This document shows, in pieces, positions 1 to 9,522 of a stretch of 63,909 nucleotides of DNA (positions are counted from its first letter, which is position 1; each line of letters starts with the position of its first letter). This DNA comes from an uncultured bacterium (lineage in GTDB: Bacteria > Bdellovibrionota_C > UBA2361 > CALJRW01): NCBI GenBank assembly GCA_937976335.1, contig CALJRW010000057.1:1-63909 (forward strand). The letters run 5' to 3'. The notes beneath the pieces are model-generated. The model was not told the DNA's origin, ran no database searches, and saw only the letters and a list, made by a program, of their open reading frames with translations. Position numbers and translations under genes: made by a program.

Positions 1-120
1 TTTTCCAGTTTTCCAGTTTTCCAGTTTTCCAGTTTTCCAGTTTTCCAGTTTTCCAGTTTTCCAGTTTTCCAGTTTTCCAGTTTTCCAGTTTTCCAGTTTT
101 CCAGTTTTCCAGTTTTCCAG
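1..120. repeat. Perfect tandem repeat (TTTTCCAG)x15, truncated by the window edge
   Basis: 15 exact 8-nt units counted from 1 to 120. Confidence 0.98.
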
Positions 121-206
121 TTTTTTAAGTTAACTGTACAATAGCTTTTTGTTCGATATAACTTTTATTTGCTTCTTTCCAAACTATGAAATAAACTGCA
201 GGTGTA

Positions 207-950
207 ATGAATAAAAAAACAAATCAAAAGCCTGCTGTAACTAAACAACAAAGTGAATTCTCTGAAAATGCAGGACTGAAGTTGTATTTAGAAAAAATAA
301 TTGGATCTTCGAATCTCTTTGATTTTATGACTTACGAGTTTATTAATTTATTTTTTTCTAACTTACCTGGAGCGCCTGGATATTTTTTACGAAAAATATC
401 CTTTCCTTTTATTTTTAAAAAATCGGAAGGAAAAAATATTTTTGGAAAATCCTTAGTTGTTCGTGGTGGGAAAAAAATATCTTTAGATTCAAATATCTTA
501 ATTGATGATTTTTCTGTACTTGATGCGAGAGGGGAAAATGCTTCAATTGAACTTGAAAGTTATGTAAGTGTTGGTCGTGGAACAACTATTGCGGCTAAGA
601 ATGCTAAAATCACTTTACAGAAAGGTTGTAATATAGGTTCAAGCTGTAGAATTGCAAGCGAATCTAAAATTGTTATAGGAGAAAGTGTTTTAATTGCAGC
701 TTTTTGCTATATTGGTCCTGGAAATCACAAAAAAGAAACGCCTAACTCTAAGCTAATTGAAAGTCCGATGGAAAATAAGGGTGGTGTTGTAATTGGAAAG
801 AATGTTTGGATAGGAACGAGATCGACTATTCTTGATGGTGTTAGTATAGGTGATGATGCAATTATCGGTGCTCATTCACTAGTTAAGAATAATGTGCCAG
901 CTGGTTCCACTGTTGCTGGAACTCCTGCAAAGATTATTAAAAGAGCATGA
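207..950 (+). CDS. Hexapeptide-repeat (left-handed beta-helix) O-acyltransferase
   Basis: Hexapeptide repeats and C-terminal VVIGKNVWIG...IGDDAIIGAHSLV...VAGTPAKII. Confidence 0.85.
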   Translation: MNKKTNQKPAVTKQQSEFSENAGLKLYLEKIIGSSNLFDFMTYEFINLFFSNLPGAPGYFLRKISFPFIFKKSEGKNIFGKSLVVRGGKKISLDSNILIDDFSVLDARGENASIELESYVSVGRGTTIAAKNAKITLQKGCNIGSSCRIASESKIVIGESVLIAAFCYIGPGNHKKETPNSKLIESPMENKGGVVIGKNVWIGTRSTILDGVSIGDDAIIGAHSLVKNNVPAGSTVAGTPAKIIKRA

Positions 951-1855
951 TTTTAAAAAAAATAATCAATTCAAGCACAAGATTTATTTTTCTTTTATTT
1001 CTATTGATTGTATTAATTTTATTGTTCTTTTTTCTTAATGTAATGTCAAAAAATAGTTTTCCTAGATTAGAGCCTGGTATTTATATCGGAAAATTTAATT
1101 TTAAAAATGTTAGCGAGCAGTTTCTTTTAAAAGTTTCATCTTCTGAAAAGTATAACTTATTTTTCTTTGATAAGGAATTTCGAAAAAGGAAACTTTCTGG
1201 TCATTTCGTTAAAGAATCTTTTCCCTTAGTTTTAGCTGGTTCAAGTGATGACTATTTTCTCACCGGAACTATTGGTAAAAATAAATTTTCTGGTGAAGTT
1301 AAAAAATCCAATACTGAAGTTGGTAAATGGAAGATGAGAAAAGTTAAGAAAATAAATTCTGAATTGAATGATCAGATAGCTGCTAAAATTCCTTTTTTTA
1401 CTGAGATATATAAAATTGAACAAGAGCTTCAAGATTTAGGACAGAAGAAATTTGAATTCAGTAATCAAAAAAAAATGTATAAATCGGAAATTAAAGATGC
1501 TAAAAATATTCGTACTCATGTTGATCAAGAAATAGGAGTAGTAATCAATGAGATTGAAAGACTTGAAAAAGAAGCTCTTGTTGAAAGGAAAGAAACTGAA
1601 AAGCTTTGGAAAAAAGTTGAGCTATCTCAAAAAGTAACACCGACTGGAATACTTGTTAGTTTAGCTAGAGACATTTCGAATCTTGAAAGTAAGTGGATGA
1701 ATTCAATTTTTTCAAGCACATTAGCTGGCATACCGTCAATTTCGGAAGAAGATTATAAAAAAGGACTTGAAATTGTTAAGCTAAAGGAACAAATTGTTGA
1801 GCTCGAACATAAGAGTTACAGGTTAAGTGAGATAAGGTCTAGATATGAGAATTAG
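947..1855 (+). CDS. Hypothetical protein, N-terminal membrane anchor and C-terminal coiled coil
   Basis: 302-aa ORF overlapping the upstream stop (ATGA); hydrophobic N-terminus; E/K-rich helical C-half. Confidence 0.7.
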   Translation: MILKKIINSSTRFIFLLFLLIVLILLFFFLNVMSKNSFPRLEPGIYIGKFNFKNVSEQFLLKVSSSEKYNLFFFDKEFRKRKLSGHFVKESFPLVLAGSSDDYFLTGTIGKNKFSGEVKKSNTEVGKWKMRKVKKINSELNDQIAAKIPFFTEIYKIEQELQDLGQKKFEFSNQKKMYKSEIKDAKNIRTHVDQEIGVVINEIERLEKEALVERKETEKLWKKVELSQKVTPTGILVSLARDISNLESKWMNSIFSSTLAGIPSISEEDYKKGLEIVKLKEQIVELEHKSYRLSEIRSRYEN

Positions 1856-2687
1856 TATTATAATATTACTTTTCTTTACTTGTTTATTTCATTATAACGT
1901 ATTCGCTGATGATTTTTTAGTTTTTGAAGCTCTAACCTTAGATTTTATACCTTCAAAAGCTTATTTTATTGTTGAATCAAAAGAAAACGAAGATTTGTAT
2001 TTAATAGAATCTAAAATCAAAGAATCAGAGGTAAGTGAATTTCTTAAATTAAAAACTAAAGATTACATATTTTTTTCAACTACGAATAAGAATTTTAATT
2101 CTAAATCGATTTTTGTTGTAGGTGAAAAAGGAGAATTATTCATTAGTCCATTTACTCACACAAATGAGAATGTCAAGAATTTACTTAAAAATGAAAGTAC
2201 GGAACTTGAATCGTTGATCCAAGATAGAGGTGAAAAAATAAAAATTATCAAACTAGAAAAATTAAAAATTGAAGCTGATGTCGATAGATTAAAAGAAGAT
2301 TCTTTGTTAGTGACTCATAAAGATTCTCTATTTGAATTGAAAGAAAAAAAAGAATTAAAATCTAATCAATTAAAAGAGCTACACAAAGCTAGAAAAAGAA
2401 TTAAAGATTTTTTAAAAAGGATTTCTTTAAAGGAAAAACCATTTCAATTTGAGTTAAGACAAAGAGAGCTTCAAAATCACCATTTAGAATTACATGAATT
2501 AACTAAAAACACTCGACACAAAGAAGTTGATAGGTTGAGAATTGCTCGAATGAAAATGTCGATAGTTGAACAAACTAAAGGTAATGATATTAATGCTCTT
2601 TCTAAAAAACTTCAAAGACTAAAAGTAAAGATTGCTGCTATGGAAAAAGATTTAGGATATGATAATCAAGATTATGATTTATGGTAG
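1845..2687 (+). CDS. Hypothetical exported coiled-coil protein
   Basis: Signal-peptide-like N-terminus (…VFA|DD); long heptad-rich C-half; overlaps the upstream gene. Confidence 0.7.
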   Translation: MRISIIILLFFTCLFHYNVFADDFLVFEALTLDFIPSKAYFIVESKENEDLYLIESKIKESEVSEFLKLKTKDYIFFSTTNKNFNSKSIFVVGEKGELFISPFTHTNENVKNLLKNESTELESLIQDRGEKIKIIKLEKLKIEADVDRLKEDSLLVTHKDSLFELKEKKELKSNQLKELHKARKRIKDFLKRISLKEKPFQFELRQRELQNHHLELHELTKNTRHKEVDRLRIARMKMSIVEQTKGNDINALSKKLQRLKVKIAAMEKDLGYDNQDYDLW

Positions 2688-2823
2688 GTCTTTTAACTGC
2701 TTCGAATCAGTAAGTACTCTAAATTTCGCTACAAGAAGCATTAATTTTTGATGCCATATTGACTTTGAGCTCTCAAAAAACATCTTTCCTCAATCACACT
2801 AACAACTTAATCTATAATTATAT

Positions 2824-3081
2824 ATGCACACCAAATCAGATTTAAATAAAATTGCTCGAGCGATTCATAATAGAAAAATGAATATGCCAGCTATTTTTAT
2901 GCTTGAAATGTATAAACCACTTTCAAAGTTGTTTTCTGTTTTTTCTGTGGCAATAAGTCCTATAGCAATTCCACTTGTAGGTTCAAAATTAGCTAGTTCG
3001 TTGACAGAGTTGTTTGATGATCGGAATAACATTGAAGAATTAATTTGTTTACTAGAAAATGAGGATTTCAATGGGAATTGA
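2824..3081 (+). CDS. Small hypothetical protein leading the GlmL-type operon
   Basis: 85-aa ORF whose end overlaps the next start; TATAAT just upstream. Confidence 0.6.
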   Translation: MHTKSDLNKIARAIHNRKMNMPAIFMLEMYKPLSKLFSVFSVAISPIAIPLVGSKLASSLTELFDDRNNIEELICLLENEDFNGN

Positions 3082-3895
3082 AAATGCAACACCTGGAATT
3101 TTAGTACTATTCTTTCTCATGCTCGGGCCTTTGTTTTATTACATTGAAAAAGCAAAAAAGAATAAAAATTTATATGTTAGAAAAATTGCTGGAATTGATG
3201 CTATTGATGAAGCAATTGGACGGTCAGCTGAAATGGGGCGGCCTATGTCTTTCTCAACAGGTTTAACTAGTATCAGCCCAACGCTGTATGCTGTACTTGG
3301 AGTTTTAATGTATGTATCAAAAAAAGCAGCAATTTATAGAAACAAACTCTTAGTCCCGCAAAATAATCCTGAAGTTATGGCAATAGTAGAGAATGTAGTT
3401 CGTGATGGTTATAGAGCTGAAGGAAGAATTAGTGCCTACAATCCTCAAAATATTAGATACCTTTCTCAGGATCAATTTGCATTTGCTTCTGGATATCAGG
3501 GAATGATGCATAGGGAGAATGTTGCTAGTGCATTTTTGTTTGGCTATTTTGCGGCTGAATCATTAATTCTAGCTGAAGCAGGCAAGCAAGTTGGGGCAAT
3601 GCAAATAGGGGCAAGTGTTAGTCCAGAACAGGTTCCTTTTTTTATATGTACATGTGACTACACATTAATATCTGAAGAGTTATTTGCTTCCTCTGCCTAT
3701 TTAAGTAGAGATCATATTCAACTTGGGAGTTTAATTGCGCAAGATAAAGCTAAATTAATTATTTTTGTTTTGCTGATAATTGGAATTTTAATTGCAACTG
3801 TTAAATCTTTTTATCCTGAGATCTCACTACCTAATATAGAGAGGCTCGTTACTGCTACTTATTCTGAAGTTTATGAATATTTGAGAGGAATATGA
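3071..3895 (+). CDS. Membrane protein, DUF6754-like (TM, soluble alpha/beta domain, TM)
   Basis: RKIAGIDAIDEAIGRSAEMGRP and TLISEELFASSAYL motifs recalled from GlmL-linked clusters; GAGGA RBS favours ATG 3071 over 3059. Confidence 0.7.
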   Translation: MGIENATPGILVLFFLMLGPLFYYIEKAKKNKNLYVRKIAGIDAIDEAIGRSAEMGRPMSFSTGLTSISPTLYAVLGVLMYVSKKAAIYRNKLLVPQNNPEVMAIVENVVRDGYRAEGRISAYNPQNIRYLSQDQFAFASGYQGMMHRENVASAFLFGYFAAESLILAEAGKQVGAMQIGASVSPEQVPFFICTCDYTLISEELFASSAYLSRDHIQLGSLIAQDKAKLIIFVLLIIGILIATVKSFYPEISLPNIERLVTATYSEVYEYLRGI

Positions 3896-4914
3896 AAAGT
3901 AATTTTAGAGCTAATTTAGTTAAATTATTAACATTCATAGGTGGAATGTATTTCGTAGTTGAATTTCTAGTTCCTTTAGAAAGCTATATTGATAACTTTC
4001 AAGATGTTCATTCAAAAATTAGTGATGGCTATGTACTTATTGGAACAATGGCCTTTGCAATTGGAATTATTAATTTACTTTTAGTATATGGTTCAAAACT
4101 AGTATTTAAACGAAAAGGTTGGTTTGACTCTTTAGTATTATTATTTGGACTAGCTTTAATGCTTTCTGTAAGTGTTTTGGATTGGAGAGAAAGTTTACAT
4201 AGTAGTAAAAATTTGTATGAACTTAATATGCTATCTAATTTTGTTGAAACTATTATTTCAGATAGTAAAAGTAAAAAGAAAGGAGTTCCAGAAGTTAAAG
4301 AAAGAGTAAGAGCTTTAGAACGAGCTTATTTAAAAAATGTAGATGTTTACGAAAGAAAAATTAGCTTAGTAAGAAATGTAATACTTGAAAGAAAAGAAGA
4401 TGTATCAAAGGTCAGTAGTTCTCTAAAAGATTATAGAATTTTAAATGATAAAATTAAAAATGCATTTTTAGTAAATGCAGATTTACCTATAATTCAAGAG
4501 TTAATTTCAGAACAAAGACAAATTGCGCAGCATTTATTTAACCTAGTATACGAGACAAGCTTTATTAAGAAGTTGTATAGATTGCTTTATGATGGCCTTT
4601 TTGTATCATTAGGTGCGGCAATGTTTTCTTTATTAGGAATTTATATCGCAATTGCAGCTTATAGAGCATTTAGAATTCAATCGTTTGAGGCAGCTTTAAT
4701 GTTAGGTGCTGCTTTGTTGGTTATGTTAGGTCAAATTTCTTTTGGGCTTTGGATTTCTGAAGACTTACCGGCAATAAGAAATTGGTTACTTCAAAATCCA
4801 AACAGTTCTGCTTTTAGAGCAATTAAAATCGGGGCTTCGATAGCTGGATTAGTGATGGCATTTAGGATGTGGTTATCAATTGAATCAGATTTTACTTCTG
4901 GAGAAGATTTTTAA
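3892..4914 (+). CDS. Multi-pass membrane protein with a central soluble helical insert
   Basis: About 6 hydrophobic segments; AMFSLLG.YIA.AAYRAFRI motif; ATGA coupling. Confidence 0.75.
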   Translation: MKSNFRANLVKLLTFIGGMYFVVEFLVPLESYIDNFQDVHSKISDGYVLIGTMAFAIGIINLLLVYGSKLVFKRKGWFDSLVLLFGLALMLSVSVLDWRESLHSSKNLYELNMLSNFVETIISDSKSKKKGVPEVKERVRALERAYLKNVDVYERKISLVRNVILERKEDVSKVSSSLKDYRILNDKIKNAFLVNADLPIIQELISEQRQIAQHLFNLVYETSFIKKLYRLLYDGLFVSLGAAMFSLLGIYIAIAAYRAFRIQSFEAALMLGAALLVMLGQISFGLWISEDLPAIRNWLLQNPNSSAFRAIKIGASIAGLVMAFRMWLSIESDFTSGEDF

Positions 4915-5777
4915 TGAAAGAAGTTACTGAAAGAAGATTGATATACTTATTCGTTATATTAATTGTTGCTTTTCCAATTCTTTTAGATTACTCAATTCCA
5001 CCTGCAAGAATGAAAGCTGGGCAAAGTCTATATGATAAAATTGATACATTAAAAGTGAATGATGGTGAATTTGCATTTGTAGCACTAGATTTTGGTCCTG
5101 GTACTCAAGCTGAAAATTTACCACAATCAGATAGTATTGTAGAGCATTTGTTCAGAAAGAGAATACCAGTTGTACTTTTTTCTCAATATTTTCTAGCCGA
5201 AGGTTTTTTAAAAAGCTTACCTGAAAGTGTTGCTAAAAGATTGAATCGTGAAACAGGTGAGAATTGGGAATATGGAAAAGATTGGGTAAATATTGGATAT
5301 CGACCAGGTTCAGGAATTCTTATTCAAAATCTTGCAAAAGCAGATAAGTTTATTGAAGTATTTAAAGAAGATGCAAATGGCAGCTCGCTGTCTGAATTTA
5401 AGCTCTTTAAAAACTCTAAAGGCCTTGAAAGTGTTAAAATACTAACTGAATTTACTGGTTTAGTAGGTGTTTTTGATTCGTATATTCAATTTTTTCAAAA
5501 GAAAAATTACGTACCGATTTTTGGTCATGGGTGTACTTCAATTACTATACCCGAGGCTTATATATATCTGGATTCAGGTCAGATAGATGGATTACTTGAA
5601 GGTTTAGCAGGAGCGGCTTGGTATTCTCACTTACTTGATAAAAATTATAGAAAAAACAATATGGAAGATATTCAAATTACCAATACTGCTTTAGGAGTTT
5701 CTCATTTAGCAATCATATTTTTAATTATTTTGGGCAATATTATTATGTTTGTAAGAAGGAGGAGAAATAATGCTTAG
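4914..5777 (+). CDS. Membrane-anchored protein with a probable periplasmic domain
   Basis: N- and C-terminal TM; YGKDWVNIGY and YLDSGQIDGLLEGLAGAAWY motifs; TAATG coupling. Confidence 0.75.
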   Translation: MKEVTERRLIYLFVILIVAFPILLDYSIPPARMKAGQSLYDKIDTLKVNDGEFAFVALDFGPGTQAENLPQSDSIVEHLFRKRIPVVLFSQYFLAEGFLKSLPESVAKRLNRETGENWEYGKDWVNIGYRPGSGILIQNLAKADKFIEVFKEDANGSSLSEFKLFKNSKGLESVKILTEFTGLVGVFDSYIQFFQKKNYVPIFGHGCTSITIPEAYIYLDSGQIDGLLEGLAGAAWYSHLLDKNYRKNNMEDIQITNTALGVSHLAIIFLIILGNIIMFVRRRRNNA

Positions 5778-6474
5778 CACGTGGCTTTTGTTAGGAACTG
5801 TCTTAGGTGGAATTGCTACAATAGCTATATATTCTTTTTTATATAAAGAGAATATTTTTTATAGATTTTTTGAACATTTATACATTGGTATTGCTGCAGG
5901 TTTTTTCCCTGTACTTGCGTTTAAAAATTTTCTTTGGCCTAAAATATTAAAACCAATGTTTGGATATGATGTATATAATTTTCCTGATGGCACAGTTTCG
6001 CATGAACCCAGTTCTTTGTATTTTTTATATATTATTCCAGCACTTTTTGGTTTGCTTTACTACACTTTATATATAAAAAGATTTTCATGGATGTTGAAGC
6101 TTGTAATTGGTTTCTCTTTAGGAGCTGCCGCGGGTTTAACTTTTAAAGGCTTTTTTCCTGAGATCTTACCTCAAATTACAAAAAGTTTTAGACCTTTAGT
6201 TGTATTTGAAAATTCTGAAATAAACTGGATAACTAGTTTTGAAAATATTTTTTTCATTTTTACTTTATTGTCAGTTATGTATTATTTTTTCTTTACTATT
6301 AAACGAGAAGGAAGAGTTGCTAATTCTTTTGCTTATGCTGGAAGATGGCTTATGATGATTTGTTTTGGTGCTTTTTTTGGTTCTACTGTAATGGCTAGAA
6401 TGGCACTACTTGTAGAAAGAATAAAATTTTTAGCACACGATTGGGTTGATGCAATACAAACTTTAATTGGATAA
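5770..6474 (+). CDS. Multi-pass membrane protein
   Basis: YSFLYKEN..YRFFEHLYIG and GRWLMMICFGAFFGSTVMARM; about 6 TM segments; GGAG RBS. Confidence 0.75.
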   Translation: MLSTWLLLGTVLGGIATIAIYSFLYKENIFYRFFEHLYIGIAAGFFPVLAFKNFLWPKILKPMFGYDVYNFPDGTVSHEPSSLYFLYIIPALFGLLYYTLYIKRFSWMLKLVIGFSLGAAAGLTFKGFFPEILPQITKSFRPLVVFENSEINWITSFENIFFIFTLLSVMYYFFFTIKREGRVANSFAYAGRWLMMICFGAFFGSTVMARMALLVERIKFLAHDWVDAIQTLIG

Positions 6475-6477
6475 CAA

Positions 6478-8271
6478 ATGATTACTTCAAAAGAAGATTT
6501 AACCACAGTTTTAGTTACCGATTGTGGTTCTACCACAACAAAAGCGCTTCTTTTTGAGAAAACTAAAAGTGGGTGGAGGCAAACATTTAGAGGTGAAGCT
6601 CCAACTACAGTTGAAAAGCCTGTGGCAGATGTAACAGTAGGTGCTCTTAATGCTTTTAAAGAAATAGAAGAATTAAGTGGTCGAAGTATCTTAAAAGATA
6701 AAGATTTTAAAACACCAGCTCAAAAAAAAGAAGGAATAGATTTATATCTTTCGACAAGCTCTGCTGGCGGCGGGCTTCAAATGTTAGTTTGTGGAGTTGT
6801 GAAACATATAACAACGGAGTCTGCAGAAAGAGCTGCTTTAGGTGCTGGCGGAATAGTTTTAGATGCAGTTTCTGCTGATGATGGGAGAGAAGATTTTGAA
6901 AGAGTTGAGAAAATTAGGCATCTTAAACCTGATATTGTTTTGCTATGCGGTGGAGTTGATGGTGGATCTACAGTACATGTAATTGAAATGGCTGAAACAA
7001 TACTAGCCGCAGCACCTAGACCTAGATTTGGAAATACTTTGCAATTACCTGTTATTTATGCCGGGAATAAAAATGTTGCAAAAGAGGTTGAAGAAATTCT
7101 AAGTGAAATTGCAAAAGTTTTAATGGTTGAAAATTTGAGACCTACAGTTGATAAAGAAAATTTAGGACCTGCCAGAGAAGCTATTCATGAATTCTTTCTA
7201 TCTCACGTAATGAGTCATTCACCTGGTTATAACAAGCTTCTAGCTTGGTCTCCAGTGCCAGTAATGCCGACTCCTGCAGCTGTGGGAGATATAATGAGAA
7301 CCTATGCTGAAAAAAATAATTTAAATACTCTTTGTGTTGATATAGGTGGAGCAACAACAGATGTTTTTAGTGTTTTTAAAAATAAAGTAGGTGAATTTAT
7401 TTTTAATAGAACTGTATCTGCAAATTTAGGAATGAGTTATTCAATTGCCAATGTTTTAATTGAAGCTGGAGTTGAAAATATTTCTAGGTGGCTACCGAGT
7501 GATGTAAAAGATTCGGAGGTGAAGGATAGGCTTAGGAATAAAATGATTCGTCCATCAAGCATTCCACAAACTAAAAACGATCTCTGGCTAGAACAGTCAG
7601 TATGTAGGGAAGCATTGCGATTATCTTTGGAACATCATAAATCTCTTGCAGTTGGCTTAAGTGGAGTTACTCAACAAAGAGGAATAGCAAGTATTTTTTC
7701 TCAAACCTCAAATAGATATGAATTAGTAGATCAGATGAAACTCGATATGGTAATTGGTTCAGGTGGAGTACTAAGTCATGCTCCAGAACGTTTAGGGGCA
7801 GCTTTAATGATGATTGATGGTTTTAGTTTAATGGGCTTAACTGAAATTGCTGTAGACTCTATTTTTATGATGCCACATTTAGGAGTTTTATCCTCTGTGC
7901 ATCCTGAAGCTGCTGAAGAAATTTTTTTAAATGATTGTATGGTAAGAATTTGTCATTCTATAGTCCCTGTGTATAAAGAAAAAGCTACCAAAAAATTAAA
8001 CTTAGCTCGTGTATTCGTTAATCACAAAGAAGTAGGTATAGTTATAAAAAATAAGATTCAGAGAGTAGATATTCCTGAAGGTCAGGTTTGCGAAATTAGA
8101 GTTGAACCTCTACAAAAATCTGTTGATTTAGGAAATGGACAAGGCGAAAAAATATCTAAAACAATAACAGTAGCTGAATATGGTTTGATACTTGATGGTA
8201 GAAATAGACCAATACGCAATACCAAAAATGAGCTTCAAAATGAAATTTATAAAGAATTAGGCTTATTATAA
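6478..8271 (+). CDS. GlmL/MutL-family (glutamate mutase L-like) ASKHA/actin-fold ATPase
   Basis: Phosphate-1 VTDCGSTTTK, STSSAGGGL, phosphate-2 VDIGGATTDV, RTVSANLGMSYS. Confidence 0.85.
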   Translation: MITSKEDLTTVLVTDCGSTTTKALLFEKTKSGWRQTFRGEAPTTVEKPVADVTVGALNAFKEIEELSGRSILKDKDFKTPAQKKEGIDLYLSTSSAGGGLQMLVCGVVKHITTESAERAALGAGGIVLDAVSADDGREDFERVEKIRHLKPDIVLLCGGVDGGSTVHVIEMAETILAAAPRPRFGNTLQLPVIYAGNKNVAKEVEEILSEIAKVLMVENLRPTVDKENLGPAREAIHEFFLSHVMSHSPGYNKLLAWSPVPVMPTPAAVGDIMRTYAEKNNLNTLCVDIGGATTDVFSVFKNKVGEFIFNRTVSANLGMSYSIANVLIEAGVENISRWLPSDVKDSEVKDRLRNKMIRPSSIPQTKNDLWLEQSVCREALRLSLEHHKSLAVGLSGVTQQRGIASIFSQTSNRYELVDQMKLDMVIGSGGVLSHAPERLGAALMMIDGFSLMGLTEIAVDSIFMMPHLGVLSSVHPEAAEEIFLNDCMVRICHSIVPVYKEKATKKLNLARVFVNHKEVGIVIKNKIQRVDIPEGQVCEIRVEPLQKSVDLGNGQGEKISKTITVAEYGLILDGRNRPIRNTKNELQNEIYKELGLL

Positions 8272-9392
8272 TGAAAAATGTATTAACACCTGGATTACAA
8301 GTTTTAAAAAGTACAAAGTTGAAAAAAATAAGAGAGCTGCCTATTAAAGGATCTGTTCTTGTTAAAGTTGGTGATTTAGTAAACGGCAAACAAGATGTTT
8401 GTAGAGCTGATTTACCAGGAGATTTAAGAATTTTAAGAATACCTGAGCGAATGGGTATTGAAGTTGAGGAAGTTCTTGCTGGTTTAAAAATCAAAGAAGG
8501 GCAGTCAATTCAGCAAGGAGATGTTATTTGCGAACATTCTGGTTTATTTGGTTTATTAAAAACTACATATGATTCACCAAATACTGGAATTGTCGAGTTT
8601 ATAACTAAAAAAACAGGGAATATTGGCCTAAGATTACCCTCTAAGCCATTAAGTTTAAATGCTTATGTTGATGGCAAGGTTGTATCAATTGTTGAAGAAA
8701 AATCTGTTGAAATTGAAGTTAGTGGTAGCTATATACAAGGGATTTTTGGTGTAGGAGGAGAAAAGTATGGAAAACTTAAGGTTATTGCAGAGGCAAATGA
8801 AAAGCTAAGTTTAGATCATCTAGACAATGATATTGAAGGATGTATTTTAGTAGGAGGAAAACTTCCTGATTTTAATTTTTTACTACAAGCTGAAAAAGCA
8901 GGAGCTATAGGTTTAATTGCTGCCAGTATTACAGAAATTCCATTAAAAACTTATCTTGGCTACGATCTCGGATTAGCTGTAACAGGTGATGAAGATATTG
9001 CAATTAGTATAATCATAACTGAAGGTTTTGGAGATCTTAATTTTTCTAAAAGAGTTTATGATTTATTAAAAAATCTTGATGGTAAGATGGCATCTATAAA
9101 TGGAGCTACTCAAGTTCGCGCTGGGGCAATAAGACCGGAAGTTTTAGTATCTGGTGATTTTAGCATTGAATCTGATGTTGATTCTAGGAAAGTTACATTT
9201 GAGTCAGGACTAGTAGTAGGACAGTCTATCAGAATAGTTAGAGTTCCTTACTTTGGAGAGAGAGGAGAGATTGTAGAAATGCCAAATAAGAAGGAAGTCA
9301 TTGATAGTGGTGCGAAAGCACGTATTTTAAGAGCTAAATTAGAAAGTGGAGAAGTTGTTACTGTTCCTCGGGTAAATGTTGAGATTGTTTAA
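8271..9392 (+). CDS. Conserved hypothetical protein with barrel-sandwich-hybrid-like repeats, GlmL-associated
   Basis: GSVLVKVGDLV and IKEGQSIQQGDVI hybrid-motif repeats; ITEGFG, GATQVRAGAIRPE, C-terminal VPRVNVEIV; TAATG coupling. Confidence 0.75.
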   Translation: MKNVLTPGLQVLKSTKLKKIRELPIKGSVLVKVGDLVNGKQDVCRADLPGDLRILRIPERMGIEVEEVLAGLKIKEGQSIQQGDVICEHSGLFGLLKTTYDSPNTGIVEFITKKTGNIGLRLPSKPLSLNAYVDGKVVSIVEEKSVEIEVSGSYIQGIFGVGGEKYGKLKVIAEANEKLSLDHLDNDIEGCILVGGKLPDFNFLLQAEKAGAIGLIAASITEIPLKTYLGYDLGLAVTGDEDIAISIIITEGFGDLNFSKRVYDLLKNLDGKMASINGATQVRAGAIRPEVLVSGDFSIESDVDSRKVTFESGLVVGQSIRIVRVPYFGERGEIVEMPNKKEVIDSGAKARILRAKLESGEVVTVPRVNVEIV

Positions 9393-9522
9393 ATTTAGAT
9401 ATTTTCCTAATTTTATCCAATGTACTAAATAGCAAAGTGTTGCATAGTAAGTTACGATTCTCTGTTTTAAAAAATGAACAAAATTGAGCTAAATTCAAAA
9501 AATTGCTATAAATGAAATAAAA

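Noticed and set aside
1-120. Possible CRISPR array or telomere
   Set aside because: Units are contiguous 8-mers with no spacers, no cas genes are present, and nothing indicates a linear replicon end
2696-2711. TTCGAAT T-loop-like sequence suggesting a tRNA fragment
   Set aside because: Closing pair is mismatched and no acceptor, D or anticodon arms can be built
6478-8271. Calling the locus a glutamate mutase pathway, or linking it to mce at 20872
   Set aside because: No B12-binding or mutase subunit in the window; mce is 12 kb away on the other strand with no evidence of linkage
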